Below, piece after piece: positions 39,844 through 53,850 of a stretch of 64,000 nt of DNA. Each line of letters begins with the position of its first letter. Within the stretch, counting starts at the first letter, position 1. Source of the stretch: Chrysomallon squamiferum (lineage: Eukaryota > Animalia > Mollusca); assembly GCA_012295275.1 (NCBI GenBank), contig CM022671.1, forward strand, positions 34,224,001 through 34,288,000, written 5' to 3'. The position numbers and the translations under genes were made by a program. The notes below the pieces were generated by a model. The model saw nothing but the letters and a program-made list of their open reading frames with translations. It searched no databases and had not been told where the DNA came from.

Positions 39844-41644
39844 GATTACATACATACATACATACATACCTATATATGGCTATGTATGCATCTGTTTATA
39901 TGTTTTAAATATATATATATATTCATTATTTGAATTGTGGATCTATTTCATCTGCTGTTCTAACTGTAAAGGATAAGGAAACCAAAATGGCAGATGTCAT
40001 TTGCATTCTGGTATAGCTGACATAAGTGAAAACAAACAATATATATCTGGGGACAGATTTTTCATACTTATAACTATATACAAACACATGAAGAATTTTA
40101 TTTGTAAGTTACTTACTTAAATATTTCAAGTATTTTAGCCAGATGTTTAAATATTTTATTGATAGGTATATTTTATTTCAAATAAAGTTATAACAAAAAC
40201 CAAAAAACCCCCAGAAAAACAGAAAAAAGTTATATCGGTCTAACATATTTATTTAATTTAAAAGTGAAAGGTATTTACAGGGATTCTGTCTGAACTTGAT
40301 TTCTTTGTAAACCAAGTTCCTTTCAAAGTCCTGCTATTAAACTACTGTGAATAATCAATTCTTTATTTACTTACAAGCACTTTCACTTCTTCAAAAGTGT
40401 CCTGAGTTCCAAGCAAATGTGACCTCAAGGTGTTTTCAAAGAAATGTCTTTATTTCAGGATTTTGAAGGTTTAATCCACCTGTTATTGAATTTGATGTAG
40501 TGAAGTTCAGAATACGTTATCACGTGCAGTCCACATTAGCATTCTCATTACCTGTACAAGAAAAGATTAATTTATAAGGCAATGAATTCACTTTAAAATT
40601 TTCACATTACAGATTTTATTTTCAGAGCCATCAGTACATTTATTTATACTGCGTTTGTGTAAGTGTTTTCTGTCACATCAAACAATGTGTTAAGTTGCTT
40701 GGCTTTGTATTGAGTTTTAACCAAAAAAAGCAGAAAGACATTTTTGATATTTTTTGTTACTGCCTTATTCTTTTTGACTCAGTGACGTGACTGATAGATA
40801 TCATTTCTGTGGCATGTCTTAAACATGTTTCATGTTCACTGTTGTAACCTGGATGCCTCATTTTCTGAAATAATGACCGAGAGATCTTTGCCACATTGAC
40901 CAATTGCCAGAACATTAATTTTTAGAATTAACAGGGAATTTTACAGGGATGAGTGAGGTATCAAATGAAGCTTATGACATCAGAAATATGAAAATGTTCA
41001 TAATTAATGCCATTCAGACTAAATTTGACTTGAGACCTGGTTGATGTGATGGACTACAAATGATTTATAATACATTATTGACAACATGTAAATGTTATGA
41101 GCCGAAAATATGTAGACATATCATTGTTTTATATCCTTATCTGCCTGTCTGGCTGTCTGTATAAAATATGTAATTTGCTTCTTGTGAAAATCATGTGGAC
41201 ATTTCAGTACTGTCTTTATGCGTACATTTTTAAACAAATTGACATATTCATGGAATAAGGTATGAAAAATGTAAAAGTTTGTAGATAATTGAAACAAGCA
41301 TCTGCTTTCATATATATATATATATTTTTTTTAATATGACCTTGGTATTTAAATTTAAACAATGAAGAACTTTAACAAAACAATTTCTAAATTATTTGAT
41401 ACTAAACTTGTCTCCAAACCAAACTTAGATCTGATACACATTTTTTGTCATAAAGCTAAAAAATAATGGATATATAAACAATCTGAATTTTCCCAAAGAT
41501 TTTGCAGCAATTTTAGTGTTTAGGTGATTTTTAAAAAACATTTTTAAACATTACTTACATGTTGATATAAATTCGTTACTGTGGGCTCTACATCTCTTGT
41601 AATAATAAAAACACCAGTAAACAAATTTCTACATTTATCCAGAA

Positions 41645-41691
<47 letters not shown>

Positions 41692-42693
41692 ATACATTTT
41701 AAAAAAAGAAAAATTAAAAATTAAAGAAGAAAACAAGTAATGTATTTCCCGTAAATAAATAAATTTAAATAAGCATTCTTACATCTGTTATAAAAAAATT
41801 GTGATAAAATAACATATAAATGTGAAGATCTTATTTCTGTTTCAGACAAAGCTTTGAATTAACTTTGCTTTTGAGTGAAATAACTTTTTCCAGTGATATT
41901 ACTAAAATGAAATAGCTTCTGTTTTTAACCACAAAGATATTAAATAATAAAAAGGGTATTTTTTTTTATTTGAGAATAATTCCCATTTTTAAAATTATAG
42001 GGCATGTATATAATCATTCTTTTTTCTTTTATTATTTTTGTCAGTCATTCATATTTTCGGTCTGTCTTTCAAGTCAATTCTGTCTGTTGATACCGCCCTT
42101 GTTGTCTGTCTGTCTGTCTGTCTGTCTCCCTGTTCCTATACTAATACCATTATTAAAAGAACTGTTGTCATGTCCTAGTTGTTTTCATTTTTTTTACTAG
42201 AATCCAGATGTTTGACATTCAGTAATCATTCTTTTTTAATTCATGTTTTGTCACTGTATACTATACAGTCTTCAACAAGTAACTTTCATAATAGTTTTTA
42301 TTTCACATACTCTGTATACCATTTATATTTAACATGTAACTTCCATAATACATAATATTTTCATTTCACAAACACAGTATGTTATAGTTTTATATCTTCC
42401 TTTATTTATATCTACTAACTCTCATGTTTTCATTTTATAAATATTATTTTTCAATTCAGTGTTGCTGAGTTATTTTTTTAGAGCATTTTATTTATTTATT
42501 GTTATTATTATTTTATATATATATATTCGTTATTTTGTTTTATTTTTTTTATTATTAATTTTTGTTATTTTGGAGAATTTTGTGAATTTAGGAAACTAGC
42601 AACAACAAAAAGTTACAGTCATTCGGATTTAACTGATTTATTAAGACATTTTTAGGAGAATTTATTGTCATATAAAAATGGCTTTTCTTGTAA

Positions 42694-42728
<35 letters not shown>

Positions 42729-44099
42729 ATTTATATTTCTAGCTGACATGAAAAAACCCACCAAACAAACAACTACAACTTTTAAATTTCAAGCCCTTTT
42801 TTTTTTACTGACATGCCCAGTGTTTGAACAGTAAATCTCTTTGAACCTGACAGAATTTAAAATCAGTTAAATCGTTTTCACCATTAAATTTTGAACGTAA
42901 TATGATTTTATCGTAATACAAATAAAGTTTATTATCTATGTGATTTCAAAAATATAATAACTTTATAGATTTGAATATAACCGCGATTATTGGGTTTGCT
43001 CTGATTTTAACCAAAAAAATAAATAAATATATATATATATATTTTACTACTGTTATAGATAACAGGTTTCTTTCGAATAATAAAAGATATTGAAGAAAAA
43101 TAATAAAAACATCGTCCGTATTCGGTTTTTTAAAAAATGTATTTTAAATTTTATTTATGAATTAACATTCATCATTTAACTTATAAAAAAATTTCACATG
43201 AAAAATTACAATTTAAAGTGTTATTCGTCTAACTCCAAATAATAATTTCTATCTGGTATTTTTTCTGTTTTTTCTGAGAATGCAAACACATACGTACGTA
43301 CATACACGGATATAATCGCTACGTAATTTAATTAACTCTCGTGTACTTGGAATTAACATTCTCAAATACCACAATACGACTCCAAAAGTCTTGGTTCACT
43401 TTTTACCACAAATTATAAAAATGATAAATTGTATTTGTTTTGTCATTCCTTCTCATCTTGAAATAACATATAGCAAGATATGCGATATTTTTTTTTCTTT
43501 CACCCTTTATACTTTAATAATAATAAAGTTTATTTATATTGTATATTTAACTATGTTAAAAAAAAAAAAAAAAAAAAACAGCAAGAGAATATAATGTTAA
43601 CTTTGTCATTTTTCTTTCACTTTTTATACTTTAAGAATAATAAATTTTATTTATATTGTAAGTTTCTCTTATCTTAAAAAAACCCTACAAAAAACAAGGA
43701 AAAAGAAAAAAAAGAAAAAAAAAAAAAACAGCACGAAAACACGACTTTACGTCTGTTTTCCTTTCACTCCACATAGTTTAAAAATAATAGATTTTATTTA
43801 TATTATAATTCTTCTTCTTTCTTAAATTAACAAAGACCCAAACAATACGCTATTGTCTGGGTTTTTCTGTGAGAACACTCATTTTCTGTAAATTGTACGT
43901 TATACTTATTCTACTCTTTCCTGGCTTACCACTGAATTAGGTAATACGATATAATATTTAATAGTTTTTCCCTTACAACTTATCATATATATTTTTAAAT
44001 TCCATTCATTTGTGGTTTTCTTTGTTAGAAAAAAAAAAATATATTTTATGCATATTACAGTTCCTCCTCTTCTTCTTCTTCTTCTTCGATCTTGGCACA

Positions 44100-44750
44100 T
44101 AAAATAGTATCTTGCTGTATCACCTCATTTCCATGGCTTGTATTCATTCTCCTTTGAGGGAACGTGATTCACAAGAATCCAGAAAAATACATGCTACAAG
44201 GAAGCGCCTCTGTCGTATCCTGGAACTAAGGTATATATATATATATATTATATACTTCTGCCGTTCCAGTCTGGTTTCAACTTTGTCAGTGTTGCTGTTG
44301 TCTGTACTGCCTTGGTGAGTATCGCAGACTTTGGAACTTTTCAAACTGTATCTGAACCTAGGTACTGGAAGTTTCACACCTTGTCTCCTTTACTTTAATT
44401 TCTGTGTTAATGACGACACGCTTAACTAGATTTAATTCTTCTACCTCTCCTGCGAAACTTGGTGACAGTTCTGTTTCCACTGCTTCTAAGGCGTCTGCCA
44501 TAATCTTTTAGGGAATTTGCCGATGATCCTTTCCAGGAATATGTTTGAAGAATGTAGGTTAGAGTGGAATCCTCGTTGAAAAGGACGGCACCAGTGGTTT
44601 TGTCTCACTGATGTTGTACTTCTTAGCCAAACGGCGTCGACCACCTTGGTGGAATCTACGAAGAAGTAACGCATGCTGATGCTGGAGTTATTTCTCACAG
44701 AGGAGGATTTCTAAGCTGCTTGAAGATTTGTGTGCTTCCTCCTGTTCTGT
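44100..44750 (-). mobile_element. Degenerate RTE-clade LINE, reverse-transcriptase fragment
   Basis: Minus-strand peptides across frameshifts follow RTE RT motifs in order: LCEK*LQHQ; FVDSTKVVDAVW (cf. FIDFKKAFDRVW); WLRSTTSVRQ (cf. WFRTTVGVRQG); NIFLERI; IMADALE; GNRTVTKFR; NFQYLGS; QTTATLTKLKPDWNGRSI; LSSRIRQRRFLVACIFLDSCES; IQAMEMR*YSKIL. Stops, deletions and a (TA)n insertion show it is inactive. Confidence 0.88.
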
Positions 44751-45125
44751 TAAATAGTTATTAACAAAATCCTAAGGTGGTTAAGATCAGCTTTTAAAGT
44801 TAAAATTAGATAAAAAAAAAAAAAAATAAAAAATAAAAAATAAAAAATAAAATTAAAAAACAACCATAAAAACAATAAAAAATAAAAAATTTAAAAATTT
44901 AAAAAAAGAACAACAACATAACAAAAACCAAACCTAACAAACTGAATTCACCCTATGAATCCATTAATCACTGAATTCATCACGTAATAACACTGACTTT
45001 TTAATCTGATCAGCTCATTGTATATCAGCTGTACTGATATCGATTCATGATACGTCATCTACTGAACTCGTATCAACTCATTTTTTATATGTGGATTTGG
45101 TATCAATCGACTATGTTTATTGTAG

Positions 45126-45208
<83 letters not shown>

Positions 45209-46340
45209 ACTTTCTTTCTCTGTCTATCTCTTTCTTCCTCTCTTTGTCTCTCAGTCTGTCTCTCTATTCATCTCTATCTTTCTCTACCTATCTGCCTGTC
45301 TGTCTGTCTCTCTTCATGCCTGTGTCTCTGTTATGAATGTTACAAGGATCACGATATATCGGTCAGAATCCTGCTTGTTTTCAATATAGCTTTGCGTTCA
45401 TTTGCACTCGTAATGAACATTCTATTTCGCTTTATTGTCATTTACCCTTTATCATTTCTATCAATAGCATTATTCAAAAAATAATAGGCAATACATGTTT
45501 AAAAAAAAGTCTCACTTTTTTTTTCTATAATTAACAATATGTTTTTTATTTTGTTTTCCTTTAATTTCATTCTGTTCTCATTTTAATTTCATTTTTTTTT
45601 TTTTTTTTTTTTTAATTTATTTTATTATTATATATATTTTTTACGCTTCAATATATCACAAATATTTATATCGTTTTCTATTTTATATGCTATCTTCTCT
45701 CAATTCCTTTTTATTTTCTTCTTCCATTTTTTTTTTCCTTTATTTATTTATTATATTTTTCTTAATAAATCAGTTTATCTGTCAAAAGAGAACATAATAT
45801 TTATCAAAGTTACTTTTAACGAGACATAAATAACAACGCCAAATGCCATGCTTTCTATCAAAGCTACGTCAACTAGGAAACCATTTTTGAAGTCATAGAC
45901 AGTCAGAAAAATATTAGGTTCGTGTTAACCTGTCTGTCATAAGATAAACAAAATAAATGAAAGGAAAAAAAAAACGGGAAAGAAAGAAAAAAAGAAATCA
46001 TACATGAATTTGCGCTATCTTCTTTACAAAAAAGAAACCGTTTATGTGATTTTGAATCGACATAAATTTTCAGATGAATGAACAAAACGACATTTAGGTG
46101 TGAACTGGGAAAACTATGTCAACAATAGTGTACATATTCGCCGTGATCTTCGTCAAAGGAATCTGTTATGATGCGGTCTGAATACAAATAAATGAACCTG
46201 GGATATATACTTTATTTCCAGGCAAGCTCTATTATGTATCATTTGTAAGGGTTTGGCCAGTAGGAAATAATTTCTTGGTCACCTTTATGTTAACGATTGA
46301 GGAGTGACCACGTAGATGACAACGAAGACAACAACGACGA

Positions 46341-46381
<41 letters not shown>

Positions 46382-46761
46382 TGGGTGTATGTGTGTACAT
46401 ACATACATATATATTTGTAATATTTGAAATTAATAATATTTAAATACTGAAGTACAAAAATCCGATGACAGAGATTGGGATCACCTGAGTCCCCGGTGCT
46501 TTTCGAACTCTCAAACATTCAAAGTTTAGCGAGTTTTTGTGGTCACTGTTTTATAACTGTGACGATACAGACGTCGTGGAAGTCAGCAATGACGTATTTA
46601 TTTACTTTGTAAGTTGGATTTTATAAATATAAAAAACGAAGATTTCGTTAATAAACTGAAAATAAGTAATCAACCTGTTTTTATATGTTTATAGTACATT
46701 TCCTTTACGGTCTTCATTTCCAAAAATCATTATACATTGTCTATCTCTACATATATATAGA

Positions 46762-46874
<113 letters not shown>

Positions 46875-47450
46875 ATTTGAAACGGTAGTCATAAATTACT
46901 AACTAAATGAATTACAATTCTTCAAAGCCTACGCGATCGTATTCTTTTACATTTGTACTGGTACAAATACGTCTTACTTGTGTGTTTGGAGTATTTAATG
47001 TCGCTATGGGATACGCTAACATAAATCATTACTGTTGCGTAGCCTTGTTGAAGAAAAACCTGAAATCAAGCAGGCAGAAAGAAAAATAGATTTTTCCCTT
47101 CCATACAAGTATTGTGAAACAGGTCGTAAAAATCACAAACCTAGTTCGGTACGACGCAAACAAAGCACCATCACATTTGTAAGCTAACGCGGTACTAAAA
47201 AAATTTACTAGTGCGCTTACATGATTTCATTTTACGACCATCGCGGAAAATTGTTGCATTCGCTTCTAAAAGAGCCATAAAAAAAAAGTAATGTAACAAA
47301 AGTGTGTGGAGACGTTCCCTTCATGTTCTGACCTTTTTCCGGAGTGCGTTGTGAAGTAAATATCCTTTCTGTGACGCCACTATTTTAAAATAAACACTCT
47401 CCCTTTTAGAATTTGTTCTGTACATTAAATGAACAAGCATACGAATTGTT

Positions 47451-47485
<35 letters not shown>

Positions 47486-48965
47486 CTTTTTTTTTTTTTG
47501 GCGTCAGTAATATTTTGTTTCCTTTTTTTTTTTTTTTTTTTTTGTTCTTACTGTGAAAAGGCCGAACCTTTTGATATAGATCGCGCTATAGTTTTATTGC
47601 TCATTTTTACATTTTTTCAAATCTGTTGATTTCTGTCGGTTATTAACTTCCAACAAAAAACTAACGTTCATTTCTTCACCAGTCGCACAACAACAAGCAA
47701 CATTATCCCAGGCTGAATTAAGGCTAAATAAATGTTTGCGTGTATTTGTAAAGTTTTTAAACACCTTGTTAACACAAAACGTAACTATATTTTCCCTATA
47801 CAAGACAAACAAACACGCAAAACACATAAAATAAACAAATAAGTAAATAACTTAAAATATACAACCGTTTCGTTTATTTCACTTTCCCAGTCGTGGCATT
47901 TTTATAGCGAACGGTATTCTTGCATACCGACTGCTAGGGCTGTTTACAATTAATGAATAAATGACATGTTACGTGGCTATCAAATACAAGAATGAGTCCA
48001 TAATGGAGTTACAGGTTTCACAAAAATGGTGCCGTTACTGGTTTTGAGTCTCGGAGAAATAGATAACAAAAATAATAATAAAAAAAATAAACGTCATTAC
48101 TCTTTGTATTACGTTATATTTTAAGGAAAAAAACTACAAAGAGTTGTGTTTGTTATAGAAAAATATTTCAGTTAGCCTCAGACAAACACGTCAGGTATGT
48201 TAAAACCTGGATAGAATTCCTCTGACATTTAACACCCATTCCCCCCCAAAATACCTATTCTATCTGTATATCTGTCTGTCAATCAGTCCATTTATCTACA
48301 CGTCTAACTAGCTATCTGTATGTCTAGTTGTCTATGTTATCTATATATTTCTCTATCTGTATATCTGTCTGTCTGTCTCTCTGCCCATCTATCTATCTAT
48401 CTATCTGTCTGTCTGTCTCTTTGTCTATCTGTCTATCTATCTGTCTGTCTCTCTGTCCATCTATCTTTCTGTCTGTATAATCTATATGTCTGCCTGCTTG
48501 TCTGTCAAACTATTTATCTGTATATCTATATCTATCTACCTATCTACCTGTCTATCTGTCCGTTTGTCTATTTACCTATCTATCTATCTGTATATCTCAG
48601 TGTGTGTGTGTATATAAATATTTATATATATGACTATGTCTATATACCTTTCAACACCAGTATATTAGTTTGTGTCAAATATAGGTGTACCAATATACCC
48701 AGAAGATTTATTCAGTTTAATCGACTCTGGTATTTATTTCAAAATTCAAAAAAACGGTCAAGAAAGAAATCATATCTAAAACATCGTTTTCTCATCTAAG
48801 TAATGAACTTAAAAAAAAAAAAAATATAAAAAAATAAAATAAAAATAATAATAATAATAATAAAATAAATAAATAAATAAATAAATTAAAACCCAGTCAA
48901 TAACAAGTATCCAACAAACCCAAACTCAAAAAAAAAAAAAAAAAAAAAATAAAAAAAATTATTCA

Positions 48966-49008
<43 letters not shown>

Positions 49009-49613
49009 CAAAAAAAAACCCAACACTAAACACCACAAAGAAAAATAAGAAAAATAAGCTATTCAGTGAATCAGAATTTTAACCTCAACTTTAACCAGAC
49101 CACCACAACGACAACGACGGCTGACACAAAACAGAGCGACATTGCGGCGTGCATGGACTTCTGCTGCATAGGATTACGAGTAAAAACCATTAAGCTAATT
49201 ACTAAATCTTTCACGAGTCCGCTAGGTGCACGTGTCAAAGCCAGCTTGACGCTTGTTTGTCGCTTAGATAATATCTTCAACTGTCTTTCTAGGGTCTCGT
49301 TGTTTTTTTTGGGGGGTGGGAAATATTTTAACCGTTGTAGTCACTGGGCGATTGATTTCCAGATCCCGATCAACAATCTATATTACTCGCTATAGACAGA
49401 TTTGCGCGATCAACAGATCGTACGACGCAATTAATCGATCCATCGTTTGCGCAGGCATCGATGATCGCGTTTTTGTGTGTATCGATAAATCTTTTTGGAA
49501 TTGACTTCGTATCATTATGTATATCATGGTCTAAAAAATGGTTGATGCCCACACGTTTACTTGTCATTTGTATCATATATATATATAACTTTTTTGTTTT
49601 TATTTTAGAAGTA

Positions 49614-49953
49614 CAGGTACCGGACCAATTATCCGGACTCTTTGCGGCCTGAGACATTCCGGATTTCTGGATTTTCCTGTTTTCTGGTACCAAGGGGTCT
49701 AAATACTTAAATAATTAGGCATAAACAGTTTAAAATTAAAAACATAAAGAAAACTGACGATACACAACTGTGGCGACTCGACACGTAAACAATGCGGCGA
49801 GTGAATGAACGCCACGCGTCTTGAAAGAGTAGTTCCGGTCTGGTGACGACAACACCCGCGCGCGCGGGGACTATGAAAATAGCGCCGGGAAAAAATATCC
49901 GGTTTTTCTGGTTTTCCGGATTTCCGGACGTCGGATAATTGGTCCGGTATCTG
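49614..49953. mobile_element. Non-autonomous pogo/Tigger-like (Tc1/mariner superfamily) MITE, 340 bp
   Basis: Left end TA|CAGGTACCGGACCAATTATCCG and right end CGGATAATTGGTCCGGTATCTG|TA form a 22-bp TIR with 1 mismatch and TA on both sides. Subterminal TCCGGA/TTTTCCGG repeats; no ORF. Confidence 0.85.
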
Positions 49954-50369
49954 TACAATAAAAAGGAACCTTCTCCGAGCTTTTCAGTGTATATATATAT
50001 AATAAATGCAAATATGTGTATGTGTATATATGCGTTTGTGCGTATGCGTGCGTACTGGTGGTTTGGAGCAGGCATACGTACGAAAAACACATATAAAGCA
50101 CGCCTGCTATGGACACATATGACCACCGCATCAGAAAATTCTGTTTAAGTGAAATGTCACCTGAGTGAAGTAGATATTTATTTCTGAGTTAACCAGGTGT
50201 CAGATCAAACGGGTTCAAACGTCAAGTCTCGAAATAAATTTATTTATTTATTTATTTTTTTTTTTAATTAGAAAAAAACATCTAAAAAAAACAAATTCAC
50301 GTTCAGAGGTAGCCAGGAATGAAGATTTAGATTTTAACAAAATAAGCAAACAACCAGAGAAAAAGACAA

Positions 50370-50560
50370 ACAAACAAACAAACAAATAAATAAATAAATT
50401 AGCGTACTTGTTCCATAATAAGGATATTTTAAAAAACAACAAAAAAACAACAAAACAACAACAACAAAAAAACAAACAAACAAACAAACAAATAAATAAA
50501 TAAATTAGCGTACTTGTTCCATAATAAGGATATTTTAAAAAACAACAAAAAAAACAACAA
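50370..50560. repeat. ~107-bp tandem duplication
   Basis: AAATTAGCGTACTTGTTCCATAATAAGGATATTTTAAAAAACAAC occurs twice, flanked by AAAC/AAAT repeats. Confidence 0.85.
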
Positions 50561-51681
50561 AACAACAACAACAAAAAAACAAAAAAAACAAAAAAAAACC
50601 CAGAAAAAAACAATAACAACAACTAACTGTTTTAATGGTGATAATTCACTTGGTATTTATATACCACAAAGATAGCTCGTAAAAACTTTCCAGATAAAAT
50701 TTTTTTAATCTTGAATCAATTGTAGTAAAAAAATTTAAAAAAATTAAAAAAATATTATTCGCGACTAACTTAGTTTAAATTCAACGCATTCGTTTAATGT
50801 TTAAAGTTTATAGATGTTTTAACTCTGGTAATAATACTGACGTGAAGTATCAGTTCACGTGTCACTCAGCAGTCCTTGGTCCGTTCAATTAACTTATCAA
50901 GTCTTGAAAAACGTGAGTAACTTGTGGCTCAATAAATCTTTTTTATTTTGGTTTGTTTGTTTATGATATCGTATTTCACAAACATTACTGCAGATGAATC
51001 TCTTAGCTAATGGCATGAAGAAGAATAATAAAAAAAGATTGCTGGATCTTACGAATATTTTTTTTTTTTTTTTTTTTTTTTTAAGTAATGTTGTTCTATA
51101 CAAGGGAGAGGAACTGCAGAAGCAGATAAAAACATTGAATAACTGTTGTCAGAAAAAGAAAAACACAAACAAAGAAAGTTGATAGTAAATTTTAAAATTT
51201 AAAAAATTTAAAAATTAGAGAGTATTCCGTCACGAGGGACATTTGAATTCTGTTGAAAAGTCGGTTAATAGAAGAGGAAATTGAGAATAGTTTCTCAGTA
51301 ATGTAGTCTCTTACTTTTTTAAATGAGTTTGTCACAGTTAACTGCTTAACTAACACTTAACAGTAAAATGACATTAATGGATAGTGTGTCTGTCTGTGTG
51401 TGTGTTTGTGTGTGTGTGTTTGTGTTGGTGTCTGTGTGTGTGTGTGTGTGTGTGTGTTCAGATTATTTGTGATAGACAAGACTGAATTTCAAAAATTAGT
51501 TCGAGCAGCTGATAATAAATATAAACTAACTTTGGAACCAAACGGTTACACTTTTGAATATTCTCTTCACTTAGATAAAATATTCATATATCTATGTCTT
51601 TCTGTCTGTCTGTCTCTCTGTCTGTATATCTATCTAATGTAATCTAATCTATTTATCTATCTATCTATCTAATGTAATCTA

Positions 51682-51714
<33 letters not shown>

Positions 51715-52639
51715 ATGTAATCTAATCTATCTATCTATTTAATGTAATCTAATCTATCTAGCTATCTATCTATCTGTCTATCTGTATGTCTGTCTGTCTG
51801 TCTGGCTGTCTGTCTGGCTGTCTATCTATCTTGCTATCTATCGATCTTTGTGTGTCTGTTTAGATAGTGTATGTGTCTCGACTCCACAAAGATTGTAATG
51901 AAAGTGAAAAATGGTTTAAATCTGCTGCATACATTTATCATCTCAGATAACACTTTTTTCTTTTCTTATTTTTACTAACTATTTTGGTTAAGTAAAGTTA
52001 ATTACAATTTCGGTTATGTGATACATGAATTATTATATTTATATCTGTATTTATAGTGCTTTATTTGCATCATATAATGATATATGATAAAACAAATATA
52101 TATACTTCTTAATACGGATTAATGGAATTCATTACAATGAGAAAACTGATCTGAAATGAATTAGTTTTTGAAAATGATATTTCTCAGTCTATTGCGCCTT
52201 ACAGTATGTAAAATAATTAAAATACTTAAAATGAAATTACGCGAGAATATACGAGACTGTTGTTAATAAACGATTTACTGATTTTAGAGGAATTCGCAGA
52301 ACACCACTGTAACTGCACACTGCCTAATATTCTAGCTATTCTGAAAACATGAAAAGTCATTTTATTTACAATATACATTTAGTGAAAACAGCGGCAAATG
52401 TTCACACAACTTGTGAACCGAGACAGAGAAATAATGGAAAGAAAAATCTGATAATTTAATTTTTCTCCTGCTATATTCTGGAAAAGAAAACCATAGATAA
52501 ACGACATAATTTTGAAAAAGAAAAAAAGAAAAGATTTCTGCTCGTCTGTAGGGACTGGGTTGTGTATGACCAGCTGTGCTACTTCTGCTCTGCAGTAGAC
52601 ACTTGTCCAATTGAAACGAGAAAGTTTAGGAATAAGTAA

Positions 52640-53850
52640 TTTGTGTGAAGTAGAGGTGCATTTTGCATTTTCCACAGAGAGTGGTTTTCTTTCTTGAATA
52701 GAGGTTGCACCTTCTATTAATTTTTTTTTTTTAATTTAATTAATTAATTAATTATTTTATTTTATTTTATTTTATTTTATTTTATTTTATTTTATTTTAT
52801 TTTATTTTATTTTATTATTATTATTATTTTCATATCTTTCCGACCAGTAACAAGTTTGGTACATATGGATTGCTGTTTCTTTGTCAAATCTTTGTTTTTT
52901 CTTTTATACATTTTTACTTGACGCACTGATAGTCTTCATCGACTGGAATTAGATTTTGATGTATCCTTTATTATCAACCGAACTAGAAACCATTACCTAG
53001 AAATATTACTTTTCCTTGACACAAACATTTACTGCACTGAACGTTCAGAATGTCAGCAGTGTGTGTCAGACAACAGCTACCATTCTTACTGGTATGTTTG
53101 TAAATCCACTGTAGCTACCCTATGTTGCATCTATCTAATCCTTTCTTATTCTCGTCCACTCTAAAAATAAAAAAAAACGTTTGTGAATAGAGCTGACTGC
53201 TGCACAGTTTAAAAACAAAGTGATAGTTCAACACATAAAATACATGCTAGTGGTCATTTCTATCTCGATCCTTTTCCTTCACTTTTTTCTCCGTGGCTGT
53301 TTTTTACAGTTAGGGGATGCGATTTGGTCTGATGGTACCTGTGTACACATATCTGAGTTGTTTCTGAGGTTCAGTGAAAGCAAACCAGGCTAAAACATTA
53401 TCTGCATAAAAAGTAAAAAACCCACAAAGTTTTCTCAGGAAGATTAGAAGAGAAGCGAAGAACAAAGCGTACACGGATCCATATTGGAATATTGTCCCTT
53501 TGTTAACCTGTACTTCACCTTGATATACTTCAAAACCACACAAAATACAACATATTCCAAATCCATCGCAAATCTTAAAATCCCATGGGTTTGTATTTCT
53601 TATACGTATTTTTGGATACCACTTGCTCTCCATTTTGTAAGCAACTGTCACATGATCCATTGAATACTGCGGTTCAAGCAAAATGTGTAGACACTTCCAT
53701 CGATTAGTTAATAATTTTCTCATTATTTAGAAACTGATAATATCATCAACATCAGTGTAATTTGACGGAACAACATAAAAAATCAAAATTATAAACTTTC
53801 TTAATAAATCATTTTTCGAATTTTTGGACACTTGACTCATTTTGTTCTTA
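52640..53850 (-). mobile_element. Fossil piggyBac-family transposase (DDE_Tnp_1_7-like core plus C-terminal Cys-rich domain)
   Basis: ORF 53310..53723 has QYSMDHVTVAYK...PWDFKI...FEVYQG (cf. SIDExMVPFKG...KWGFK...FEVYQG), FYADN (cf. LYFDNWF) and YTGTIRPNRIP (cf. ATGTVRKNR). Further along the - strand, 52715..52644 reads RRCNLYSRKKTTLCGKCKMHLYFT (piggyBac CRD pattern). It has frameshifts and stops; I did not identify TIRs or a TTAA TSD. Confidence 0.8.

Noticed and set aside
43485-43810. Two to three diverged ~120-bp AT-rich duplicated units (a similar case at ~10340-10510)
   Set aside because: Ordinary local duplications within low-complexity DNA, with no further structure.
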